Virus record (IMG/VR): IMGVR_UViG_3300032050_000048
Coordinates: 72,476 to 94,887 of that record
Length of the DNA stretch: 22,412 nucleotides
Source: a virus
Taxonomy: Duplodnaviria > Heunggongvirae > Uroviricota > Caudoviricetes
Strand: one strand, 5' to 3'
The notes beneath the pieces are model-generated. The model did no database searches. It had not been told where the DNA came from and saw nothing but the letters and a program-made list of their open reading frames with translations. Of the stretch, positions 9,219 to 17,027 are shown piece after piece. The position numbers were made by a program, and so were the translations under genes. Within the stretch, counting starts at the first letter, position 1; each line of letters opens with the position of its first letter.

Positions 9219-9434
9219 ATGGAACAAGGAGAAAAATATTTTGTAGCAAAAATTACTTCAGATTTACTTGATAGTGAATCCGGTAGAGTTAAAAAAGTTA
9301 AAGAAGAAAAATTAGTTTTGGGATATACACCAACAGATGTAGAGGCAAAGGTTACCAAGATTTATGAAAACTACACAATGGATTGGAGAATCACTTCAAT
9401 TACAGAAAGTAAAATTGATGAGGTAATTGAATAA
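9219..9434 (+). CDS. Small protein resembling Bacteroidota DUF4494
   Basis: YFVAKI...ESGRVKKVKEEKLV...TDVEAKV...WRITSITESKIDEVI parallels the DUF4494 pattern as I recall it (WFxxKV...ExGxxKKVxExYLV...TEAEARI...FxVxxIxxxxxxEI). Confidence 0.6.
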   Translation: MEQGEKYFVAKITSDLLDSESGRVKKVKEEKLVLGYTPTDVEAKVTKIYENYTMDWRITSITESKIDEVIE

Positions 9435-9459
9435 AATACAATTTATTTAAAAATACTTG

Positions 9460-9487
9460 AAGGATGGACAAATGTTCATCCTTTTTT
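9460..9487 (+). terminator. Intrinsic terminator after the DUF4494-like gene
   Basis: AAGGATGGAC-AAAT-GTTCATCCTT is a 10-bp stem with one G-U pair, ending in a T6 run. Confidence 0.8.
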
Positions 9488-9527
9488 GTTTTATATCACG
9501 CAAAACGAATTTTTTCATTTTTGTTAG

Positions 9528-9534
9528 TATTTAT
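9528..9534 (+). promoter_or_regulatory. TATTTAT motif, candidate late promoter
   Basis: Downstream of the terminator and 20 nt upstream of ATG 9555. Confidence 0.5.
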
Positions 9535-9554
9535 TGTTAATAGAAAACAAAATA

Positions 9555-11039
9555 ATGACAAAAAATAAAAATGTTATTGAAGAGGCGTTACTTCAGATTT
9601 CAAATCTGGAGGAGTCTCTTAACAAGAATGCAGAAGGAATACTTTCTTCAACAATGAAGGAAGAAATCAGTTCATTAGTAAAAGAATCTCTTAAAGAACA
9701 AGATGAGGTTGAAGACGATGAGGTTGATATTGAGGACACGGATGTTGATACAGATGTGGAAGATATTGATACTGATAATTTAGATGTTGATGATTCCGAA
9801 GAAGAAGATGACATGCTTGGCATGGATGACACAGAAGATGATTTTGAAATGGAATTTGATACTGATACAGAAGATGACACAATTGATTTAACCGGAGCTT
9901 CAGACGAAGAAGTTTTAACTGTGTTTAAAGCAATGGGAGATAATGATGGTGTTATTGTAAAAAAAGATGACAAAATGATACATCTATCAGATACAGAAAA
10001 TGATACCGAATATCTGATACAATTAGGTGAATCTGAAATGGATGATTTTTCTGAAGTGAATGATTTTTCTGAAATGGGTTCCGATGAAGAATTGGAAGAA
10101 CTCTATTCAAGAGAAGTTGATGATTTTGATTTTTACTTTTCTAAAGACGAAGAGAAAGATGAAGATGAATTTTCTTTTGATGATGAAGAAGAGGAAGATG
10201 AATTTTCTTTTGATGATGAAGAAGAGGATGATGAATTTTCTTTTGATGATGAAGAAGAGGATGAAATTATCTTTGAACTTGAGTTAGACGATACTGAGTT
10301 AGAAGACGAAATCGGCGTAGAAGAGTCAATTTACGAATCTAAAAAATCAATTAAACCTAAAGGTATCGGAATGGGTAACGCATCTAAATTCAAATATGAC
10401 AAGAAACCTAATATGGGTGGTGGATTTAAAACAGTTAAAAAATCTGCTAACAAAACTATGGGTACTGGTAAAGCAAAATTTGAATACAAAGAAGGTGCTA
10501 ACCTTGATGGTAAAATGAAAAAAGTTGAAGGTAAAAAAACTGAAACTAAAGAAGCGTCAAGAACATTGGCTAATGGCAAGTATTGGGGTAGAGAAGGTTT
10601 ACCAAAACCAAAAGCGGCACCAAGACATTTAAGAAAAGAAGGTACTGAAGAATTAGAAGTTTTGAGAGCAAAAAATGAAGAATACAGAAAAGCTCTTGAT
10701 CTATTCAGAACTAAATTAAATGAGGTTGCCATATTTAACTCAAATCTTGCTTATGCAACTAGATTGTTTACAGAACATTCAACAACAAAACAAGAAAAGA
10801 TTAATATTCTTAGAAGATTTGACAATGTTGATACTTTAAAAGAATCAAAAAATCTTTACAAATCTATCAAGGATGAATTAGGATCTCCAAAATCTACGGA
10901 AAATACAATCACAGAATCATTTGAGAGAACAGTCTCTAAAACACCAAGTACTGGTTCGGCTGCTAACTTAATTGAGTCTAAAACGTATGAAAATCCACAA
11001 TTTTTGAGAATGAAAGACTTGATGGGAAAAATAAAATAA
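9555..11039 (+). CDS. Prohead scaffolding/core protein (T4 gp22-like position)
   Basis: Directly upstream of the MCP; very acidic low-complexity middle, a Lys/Gly-rich block and a coiled-coil C-terminus (LNEVAIFNSNLAYATRLF...KQEKINILRRFD). ATG 9555 is preferred over the track's TTG 9534. Confidence 0.8.
   Translation: MTKNKNVIEEALLQISNLEESLNKNAEGILSSTMKEEISSLVKESLKEQDEVEDDEVDIEDTDVDTDVEDIDTDNLDVDDSEEEDDMLGMDDTEDDFEMEFDTDTEDDTIDLTGASDEEVLTVFKAMGDNDGVIVKKDDKMIHLSDTENDTEYLIQLGESEMDDFSEVNDFSEMGSDEELEELYSREVDDFDFYFSKDEEKDEDEFSFDDEEEEDEFSFDDEEEDDEFSFDDEEEDEIIFELELDDTELEDEIGVEESIYESKKSIKPKGIGMGNASKFKYDKKPNMGGGFKTVKKSANKTMGTGKAKFEYKEGANLDGKMKKVEGKKTETKEASRTLANGKYWGREGLPKPKAAPRHLRKEGTEELEVLRAKNEEYRKALDLFRTKLNEVAIFNSNLAYATRLFTEHSTTKQEKINILRRFDNVDTLKESKNLYKSIKDELGSPKSTENTITESFERTVSKTPSTGSAANLIESKTYENPQFLRMKDLMGKIK
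10164..10262 (+). repeat. Three near-perfect 33-nt tandem repeats encoding DEFSFDDEEE(E/D)
   Basis: GATGAATTTTCTTTTGATGATGAAGAAGAGGA(A/T) at 10164, 10197 and 10230; only the last base differs. Confidence 0.95.
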
Positions 11040-11058
11040 ACTTTTTAAAAGTACATAG

Positions 11059-11065
11059 TATTTAT
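11059..11065 (+). promoter_or_regulatory. TATTTAT motif, candidate late promoter
   Basis: 32 nt upstream of the MCP ATG 11098. Confidence 0.5.
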
Positions 11066-11097
11066 TAAATACATAAAATAAATTAAAAAAAAAGAAA

Positions 11098-12954
11098 ATG
11101 GGAGCATTATTAGAATCTGGTCTTGTTGGTAACATCGGTCTTAAGCACCTTAAAGTTATCAAAGAAGATACAATTAACAAATGGGATAAATTAGGATTCC
11201 TTGATGGACTTAAAGGTCATCTAAAAGAGAACGTGGCTCAGTTATATGAGAACCAAGCATCTCACCTAATTAACGAAGCAACTTCAGAAGGTTCAAACGG
11301 AGCTTTTGAAACGGTTGTTTTCCCTATCGTTAGAAGAGTTTTCTCTAAATTGTTAGCTAACGATATCGTATCAGTACAAGCTATGAACTTACCAATTGGT
11401 AAATTGTTCTACTTTGTACCTCGTATCCAAGGATATAACCCAAATGAAGCTGGTAGTGTTCACTATCCACCAATTGGTTCTCCTGAAGCGGTTAATGGTG
11501 GTTATAACGTACCGGGTCAAGGTTACCCAGGAGCTGATACAGCACCTAACGCTAACGCACCTTTCTCAAAAAATCTTTATGATTTATTCTACGAAGGAGC
11601 TGAGCCAGGATTGGATCCTGCTGGTCTATTTGATTATTCTAAAGGTCGTTTTTCTGCTATCACGGCAGCGGCTACTGTTGTAAAATGGTCAAATGGTGAC
11701 TTAGTTGATGCTAACAATGACGACGCTGCTTATGTTGGTAACACAAGAAAAGTTCTTATCAAACTTTGTGGGTGGAGTAACATCCCAGGTGCTGGTAAAC
11801 TTATCGGACCTGACGGAAATGAAATTGATACAGAATCTTTCCTTTCTGACCTTAAAATCCTTACTAATACAGGATTAGGATTTGATGCTGCTAACGTATG
11901 TCCAGTTCCTACAGTTGGTGCATCACCACTTTTATTTAGAGTTGTAACTCAAAAATATGGTAAAGGAATTGTTGACTATGGTAGTCAATATCAAACTACA
12001 TTCCCAGTTGATGGAAATGGTGGTTCTTTTAACAATATCTGTAACGCTAATGGTTGTATCATTCTTGAAGTAGATCTTTCTTGTCCTGCTTGTGCATCTT
12101 GTGGTGACACTTCACTTGATGGGTACACTGGTTCTACTCTTTCTGCTATCACATCTGCAACATCATTTACTGCTGTTTGGAGACGTTACGAAGAACTAGA
12201 GTTTGAAGAAAAAATCGGAGAGGTTTCTTTTGACCTTGAGTCTGTTACAGTATCAGTTACTGAAAGAAAATTAAGAGCACAATGGTCTCCAGAGCTTGCT
12301 CAAGACGTTGCGGCATTCCATAACATTGATGCTGAAGCTGAGCTTACTGCTCTTCTTTCAGAACAAGTTGCTGCGGAAATTGACCGTGAAATCCTAAGAG
12401 ACCTTCGTAAAGGTGCTGCATGGAACCTACGTTGGGATTACAATGGATGGAGAAGATTGTCTTTGACTACTTCTTACACACAGAAAGACTGGAACCAAAC
12501 GTTGATTACAGCAATCAACCAGTTGTCTGCACAAATCCACAAGTCTACACTTAGAGGTGGTGCTAACTGGATTGTTGTTTCTTCTGAAGTTTCAGCTATC
12601 TTTGACGATTTAGAATACTTCCACGTATCTAACGCGTCTCCTGAGCAAGACCAATACAATATGGGTATTGAAAGAGTTGGTACTCTTGCTGGACGTTACC
12701 AAGTTTATCGTGATCCTTACTTCCCACCAAACACAATCTTGTTGGGTCACAAAGGAACATCATTGTTAGACACTGGATACATCTACGCACCATACGTACC
12801 TCTTCAGTTAACACCTACAATGTACAACCCATTCAACTTCACACCTATCAAAGGTATTATGACAAGATACGCTAAGAAAATGGTTAACAACCGTTTCTAC
12901 GCTCGTATCACTGTTGATGGAGTTCGTACATTTGATTTAAGAGAATTGAGATAA
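11098..12954 (+). CDS. Major capsid protein (T4 gp23-like) with a large Cys-containing insertion
   Basis: PIVRRVF...DIVSVQAMNLPIGKLFY, ERKLRAQWSPELAQDVAAFHNIDAEAELTALLSEQVAAEIDREIL, GANWIVVS, and GYIYAPYVPL...FTPIKGIMTRYA. Confidence 0.98.
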   Translation: MGALLESGLVGNIGLKHLKVIKEDTINKWDKLGFLDGLKGHLKENVAQLYENQASHLINEATSEGSNGAFETVVFPIVRRVFSKLLANDIVSVQAMNLPIGKLFYFVPRIQGYNPNEAGSVHYPPIGSPEAVNGGYNVPGQGYPGADTAPNANAPFSKNLYDLFYEGAEPGLDPAGLFDYSKGRFSAITAAATVVKWSNGDLVDANNDDAAYVGNTRKVLIKLCGWSNIPGAGKLIGPDGNEIDTESFLSDLKILTNTGLGFDAANVCPVPTVGASPLLFRVVTQKYGKGIVDYGSQYQTTFPVDGNGGSFNNICNANGCIILEVDLSCPACASCGDTSLDGYTGSTLSAITSATSFTAVWRRYEELEFEEKIGEVSFDLESVTVSVTERKLRAQWSPELAQDVAAFHNIDAEAELTALLSEQVAAEIDREILRDLRKGAAWNLRWDYNGWRRLSLTTSYTQKDWNQTLITAINQLSAQIHKSTLRGGANWIVVSSEVSAIFDDLEYFHVSNASPEQDQYNMGIERVGTLAGRYQVYRDPYFPPNTILLGHKGTSLLDTGYIYAPYVPLQLTPTMYNPFNFTPIKGIMTRYAKKMVNNRFYARITVDGVRTFDLRELR

Positions 12955-12975
12955 TCAAAACTTAAATAACCCTTG

Positions 12976-13004
12976 AAAAGGTCAGAGAAATCTGACCTTT
13001 TTTT
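12976..13004. terminator. Strong, probably bidirectional intrinsic terminator after the MCP
   Basis: AAAAGGTCAGA-GAAA-TCTGACCTTTT is a perfect 11-bp stem with a GNRA loop, ending in a T7 run. Confidence 0.92.
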
Positions 13005-13084
13005 ATTTTGTTAAATAAAATATCATATATGATAAGTTATTGTTAATAATTAAATAAATCATTACATTCTTTAACCTTTTTATC

Positions 13085-13091
13085 TATTTAT
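13085..13091 (+). promoter_or_regulatory. TATTTAT motif, candidate late promoter
   Basis: 7 nt upstream of ATG 13099, the first accessory gene. Confidence 0.45.
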
Positions 13092-13098
13092 TGTTAAT

Positions 13099-14100
13099 AT
13101 GAAAAAGTTTTTTTTATTTTTTTTAATAGTTTTTTTCCCACCATTTTTATTTTCACAAACTTTAATAAAATACGACTATATTGAATCATTCAATTGGTTA
13201 GGCGGATGGTCAGTTGGGTATGGAAATAATACCGGTTATTACGCCAACGCGTTTGTTAGTAGTACATCATCAGCAGCTTTAATCGGTACCGGTAATGGAA
13301 CGTCAAACATTGAAGAAGGGGTCTATGTTTTACCAAATATCACAGGATTAGACCAAGGATTTGAGTATGAATTTAGATTTAGATTAGGGTCTTATAAATT
13401 TGGTTCATCGTCATCTTTAAGTGCTGGTGTTGATATTGCCGATTACGTATTACTTTATATTAGTACCGATAATACTACTTTGGTTCAAGAGATAAAAATT
13501 AATGGTTATGATAATGCGTTATGGAATTACAACACAACATTAATACAAAAAACAGCAAGCGGGACACTCACAACATATTCAGCACAAAACGGAACTTATT
13601 CTGATATACGTTTAAAATTTACAAACGTAACACAATTTACCGCAAGAGTTTATGTTAGAGTTAATTCCGTAGGTGAAGAATGGTGGTTAGATAATTTTGA
13701 ATTGTGGCAAATGACAACCCCATTACCGGTAAGTTTAATCTCTTTTGAAGGAGATAGAGATAGTTTATGGTGGGACATATATTCAGAATATAATAATGAC
13801 TATTACACAATATTACACTCAATGGATGGGTATAATTTTGAACCAAAATATAATGTACCATCTGAAGGTAAACATAAATATTCAATTAGAAATACGATTG
13901 GTTCTGGATATTTTATTTTAAGACAAACAGATTATGATGGTAAATTTGAAAATCTTAGTATTATCTACATTAAAGAACATAAGAATAGAATACTTATAAA
14001 AATCACAAATTTAATGGGACAAGCGGTGTTAAATATGAAAGAAGGTGAAATATATTTACTTATATATGATGATGGTTTTATAGAAAAAACTATGAAATAA
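13099..14100 (+). CDS. Secreted beta-sandwich (adhesin/lectin-like) protein with a degenerate PLPVxL Ig-like domain and a T9SS-like C-terminal tail
   Basis: Signal peptide MKKFFLFFLIVFFPPFLFS|Q; jelly-roll-like motifs YVLLYISTDN and WWLDNFEL; PLPVSLISFEG...SEYNNDYYTILHSMDG...YFILRQTDYDG; tail IKITNLMGQ...YLLIYDDGFIEKTMK. Confidence 0.75.
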   Translation: MKKFFLFFLIVFFPPFLFSQTLIKYDYIESFNWLGGWSVGYGNNTGYYANAFVSSTSSAALIGTGNGTSNIEEGVYVLPNITGLDQGFEYEFRFRLGSYKFGSSSSLSAGVDIADYVLLYISTDNTTLVQEIKINGYDNALWNYNTTLIQKTASGTLTTYSAQNGTYSDIRLKFTNVTQFTARVYVRVNSVGEEWWLDNFELWQMTTPLPVSLISFEGDRDSLWWDIYSEYNNDYYTILHSMDGYNFEPKYNVPSEGKHKYSIRNTIGSGYFILRQTDYDGKFENLSIIYIKEHKNRILIKITNLMGQAVLNMKEGEIYLLIYDDGFIEKTMK

Positions 14101-14242
14101 ACTATCATACAAAATTTTACCCCATTTAAGTATTTTTACCTAACCATTCGTATGTAGTACTTATACTACTATAGAGCGTACCCCTTAATTTAAAAATACT
14201 ATACCCCCCACAAAAGGACTTTATACCATTATATGACTAACT

Positions 14243-14270
14243 ATGTGTATACAATAAAAAATATACACAT
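14243..14270. promoter_or_regulatory. 9-bp inverted repeat abutting the subtilase start codon (possible operator or translational hairpin)
   Basis: ATGTGTATA-N10-TATACACAT ends 1 nt before ATG 14272. Confidence 0.35.
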
Positions 14271-14271
14271 T

Positions 14272-16257
14272 ATGAAAAATTTAATAGTAACAATTTTAAC
14301 AATTTTAACAACAACAATTAGTGTCTTATCTCAGGACAACGTATGGGTAAAAATCCCAAATTATGAATCAAAAAGAACTGAGGTTTTAAATTCAATCTCA
14401 GACCTTAGTATTACAGAAATAAAAAAGGCGTTTCCATCATCACATAATTCTGAATTACAACAAGTTTATCAAATAAATTGTAATTGTGATGTTAATGAAT
14501 TACTAGTAAGAACTTCTAAAAATAATAATTTTGTTAAACCTGAATTAGGTCCTGAATATAAAACTCTTGACACCCCAAACGACATCTCAGTTTTTATGTA
14601 CGATTACGCACTTAATTCAATAAACGCTGAACAAGCTTGGGATATCACACACGGAGATACTTCAGTAGTTATTGCTATTACAGATGCAAACTATTACCAC
14701 AATCACGAAGATCTTGGTGGTAAAATTACTTATAGAACAATTGACAACTATAGTACTGATTATACTCATGGTACCGCGGTAGCTATAACAGCTGCAGGTA
14801 ACACAAATAATTTCGCCGGTAAAAGTTCAATTGGTTACAATTCAAAGTTACAACTAAGAGTTATGGATTATAATGAATTACTTGAAGCAACTTATTCAGG
14901 AGCAAGAGTAATAAACGCTAGTTGGGCTTCTAGTTGTTATTTTAACTATTACGCACAACAAGTTATAAATGAGGTTCATAACAACGGTTCTGTTATAATA
15001 GCAGCCGCTGGTAACGGAAGTACTTGTGGTGGGTCAGTAAACGAAGTTTATCCTGCATCATACGAACACGTAATTTCAGTTACATCTGTTGGACCGAACA
15101 ACAATCACGAAAGATTCATCGGCAACCCAAATTCAACACACCAACACAATAATAAAGTAGATATTTCGGCTCCTGGATACGACATAGTGTTGTCAACATC
15201 ACCGGGTCAATATGTTACAGGAAATGGTTCTTCTTTCGCCACACCACTTGTTTCAGGAACCGTAGCTTTGATGTTATCTGTTAATCCTTGTTTAACTCCC
15301 GATCAAATTGAGTATATTCTTAAAGAAACTGCTGATAGCTCAATTTATGAAGTTAACCAAAACTATATTGGTATGTTAGGTTCAGGTAAATTAGATTCTT
15401 ATAAAGCTGTTTTAATGGCAAAAAAATTCAATACGATTGAGGGTGAACTAATAACTGATGTTAATTGTGTTGATTCAAAAAGACAGGCAAAATTTAACAA
15501 CATTACAGGTCAAGTTCCTTTATCTTTTGAATGGTCTAATGGTAGTACTAATGATAAAATAGAAGTAGATTCTACTGGTTTTTATAGTATAGAAGTTAAA
15601 GATGTTAAAGGTTGTAAATTTTACTCAGAAAGAGAAATTGAATCTTACAGTGAAATAACAACACAATCCGAAATTAATCATGTAACGTGTTATGGTTTTG
15701 AAAATGGTGGGATAAGTGTTTCAACACAAGGTGGTGATTCTACTTTAACTTATGAATGGTCAAATGGTAACACATTAAGTACTATGACAAATTTAAAACC
15801 TGGGTACTATCAGGTAAATGTAACAGACCAATCAGGGTGTGTTGTAATGGAAGATTTTACAATTAACGAACCCGAACTACTTGTTACAAGTTTAAATTAC
15901 GTACAACCAACTCAAAATACCTTTGGATCAATTGATTTAGATGTGGTTGGTGGTACTAAACCGTATAACTATCAATGGAATCATGGTGAAATTAGTGAGG
16001 ATTTAAATAGTGTGGTATCGGATTTTTATGAGGTATTAGTTACAGATGATAATGGATGTATGTCCTCTGAGAATGTAATTTTATCTAATTTAACAGAAGA
16101 AATATTAAATATAGGAGAAATAATAAACACTAATGAAAAATTAAATCCAGAAATTGTTTTAGATATGAACGGAAAACAAATTAGATTTGATAATGCCCCC
16201 GTTGGTTTTTACTTTATGGTTGAGGGTGGGGTAATAAAAAGAATATATAAAAGTTAA
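14272..16257 (+). CDS. Secreted S8 (subtilisin-like) serine peptidase with SprB repeats and a T9SS-like C-terminal tail
   Basis: Signal peptide MKNLIVTILTILTTTISVLS|Q (ATG 14272 preferred over 14233). Triad Asp in IAITDAN (14683), His in THGTAVA (14767), Ser in GSSFATPLVSG (15232); oxyanion Asn in AAAGNG. SprB-type repeats (HVTCYGFENGGISV..GG...YEWSNG...LKPGYYQVNVTDQSGC). Tail LDMNGKQI...PVGFYF...KRIYKS. Confidence 0.9.
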   Translation: MKNLIVTILTILTTTISVLSQDNVWVKIPNYESKRTEVLNSISDLSITEIKKAFPSSHNSELQQVYQINCNCDVNELLVRTSKNNNFVKPELGPEYKTLDTPNDISVFMYDYALNSINAEQAWDITHGDTSVVIAITDANYYHNHEDLGGKITYRTIDNYSTDYTHGTAVAITAAGNTNNFAGKSSIGYNSKLQLRVMDYNELLEATYSGARVINASWASSCYFNYYAQQVINEVHNNGSVIIAAAGNGSTCGGSVNEVYPASYEHVISVTSVGPNNNHERFIGNPNSTHQHNNKVDISAPGYDIVLSTSPGQYVTGNGSSFATPLVSGTVALMLSVNPCLTPDQIEYILKETADSSIYEVNQNYIGMLGSGKLDSYKAVLMAKKFNTIEGELITDVNCVDSKRQAKFNNITGQVPLSFEWSNGSTNDKIEVDSTGFYSIEVKDVKGCKFYSEREIESYSEITTQSEINHVTCYGFENGGISVSTQGGDSTLTYEWSNGNTLSTMTNLKPGYYQVNVTDQSGCVVMEDFTINEPELLVTSLNYVQPTQNTFGSIDLDVVGGTKPYNYQWNHGEISEDLNSVVSDFYEVLVTDDNGCMSSENVILSNLTEEILNIGEIINTNEKLNPEIVLDMNGKQIRFDNAPVGFYFMVEGGVIKRIYKS

Positions 16258-16262
16258 AAAAA

Positions 16263-16586
16263 ATGAAAATAGAACTTATTCTTGAAGAGGCTAAAATTAG
16301 GGTTATAAATATGGTGGATGACCATTGTTGGGAAGTTATACGGGACCTATTAGATGAGATAAATAAAAGTTCTAACGATAAAAATATAAAATCCATAAGT
16401 GATATTGAAGAAACTTTAGAAATGATTAGGGGGGTTCAGAGGTTTAAACAAAAAGTAACTGATGAAATAAAAGACAAAACAACTCTGTCTGAAATATTAA
16501 ATCTTTGTGAAGATGATTTAGTTAAAGAGGATGAAGAAGAAATATTAACGGCCTTTTTTGGTTATGAAATAAAAATAAAAAAATGA
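16263..16586 (+). CDS. Acidic helical hypothetical protein
   Basis: 107-aa ORF starting 5 nt after the peptidase stop; its stop overlaps the next start (ATGA). Confidence 0.7.
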   Translation: MKIELILEEAKIRVINMVDDHCWEVIRDLLDEINKSSNDKNIKSISDIEETLEMIRGVQRFKQKVTDEIKDKTTLSEILNLCEDDLVKEDEEEILTAFFGYEIKIKK

Positions 16587-16960
16587 GAACAACACTATCA
16601 GAAAAAACTAATACAACACCAAAAGTTGTTTTTAATCATAACAACAATACTTTGAGTATTGAGGGTAAATCAATATTGTTTGAACCAGAATTATTTTGGT
16701 CATTAATAATAAACCAAATTAAAAAATATGAGATAAAAACAATTATGGTAAAATTAAATCACATTAACACCAATTCTATACTCCACTTAATTAAGTTAAT
16801 CAATCTTAAACAAAATAATGTTATTTGGTTTTATGAGGAATCTGACGAAGACCTACTTGAATTAGGTAAAGATTTGGAGATATTGTCAAATAATTTATTT
16901 GAATTTGTTGTTTCTGATAATATAGAACTTAGTTTTACCGACTTAAAAGTGGTAGTATAA
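16583..16960 (+). CDS. SiaC family regulatory phosphoprotein (DUF1987)-like
   Basis: TTPKVVF...LSIEGKS..FEPELFW, then KLNHINTNS (SiaC motif YxNTSS, Thr63 retained) and VIWFYEESDEDLLELGKDL (SiaC motif WYYxxDDEDMxExGEDF). Confidence 0.8.
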   Translation: MRTTLSEKTNTTPKVVFNHNNNTLSIEGKSILFEPELFWSLIINQIKKYEIKTIMVKLNHINTNSILHLIKLINLKQNNVIWFYEESDEDLLELGKDLEILSNNLFEFVVSDNIELSFTDLKVVV

Positions 16961-17002
16961 ACAAATAACATCAAAAAACTTGATTATAACATTTATTTTT
17001 GA

Positions 17003-17009
17003 TATTTAT
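17003..17009 (+). promoter_or_regulatory. TATTTAT motif, candidate late promoter
   Basis: 18 nt upstream of ATG 17028; a TAnnTTTG-like TATTTTTG (16994..17001) lies immediately before it. Confidence 0.45.
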
Positions 17010-17027
17010 AATAATAAAAACGTAGTT

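Noticed and set aside
10164-10262. The tandem repeat as a CRISPR array
   Set aside because: The units are contiguous with no spacers, are a multiple of three and are in frame within a protein.
8043-10732. Alternative-frame ORFs 8043..8354, 8936..9358, 9593..9973, 10060..10287 and 10331..10732
   Set aside because: They lie on top of well-supported genes, have shadow-like composition (e.g. Ser-rich antisense of Asp/Glu codons) and show no motifs.
12082-12102. Ferredoxin or radical-SAM Fe-S site in the MCP
   Set aside because: The spacing is CxxCxxC without the fourth ferredoxin Cys and is not the CxxxCxxC radical-SAM pattern; kept only as a generic Cys cluster.
3083-12954. Introns, inteins or homing endonucleases in terL, portal, protease or MCP
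   Set aside because: The ORFs are continuous, with no intein C/S...HN-C/S/T boundaries and no LAGLIDADG, HNH or GIY-YIG motifs seen.
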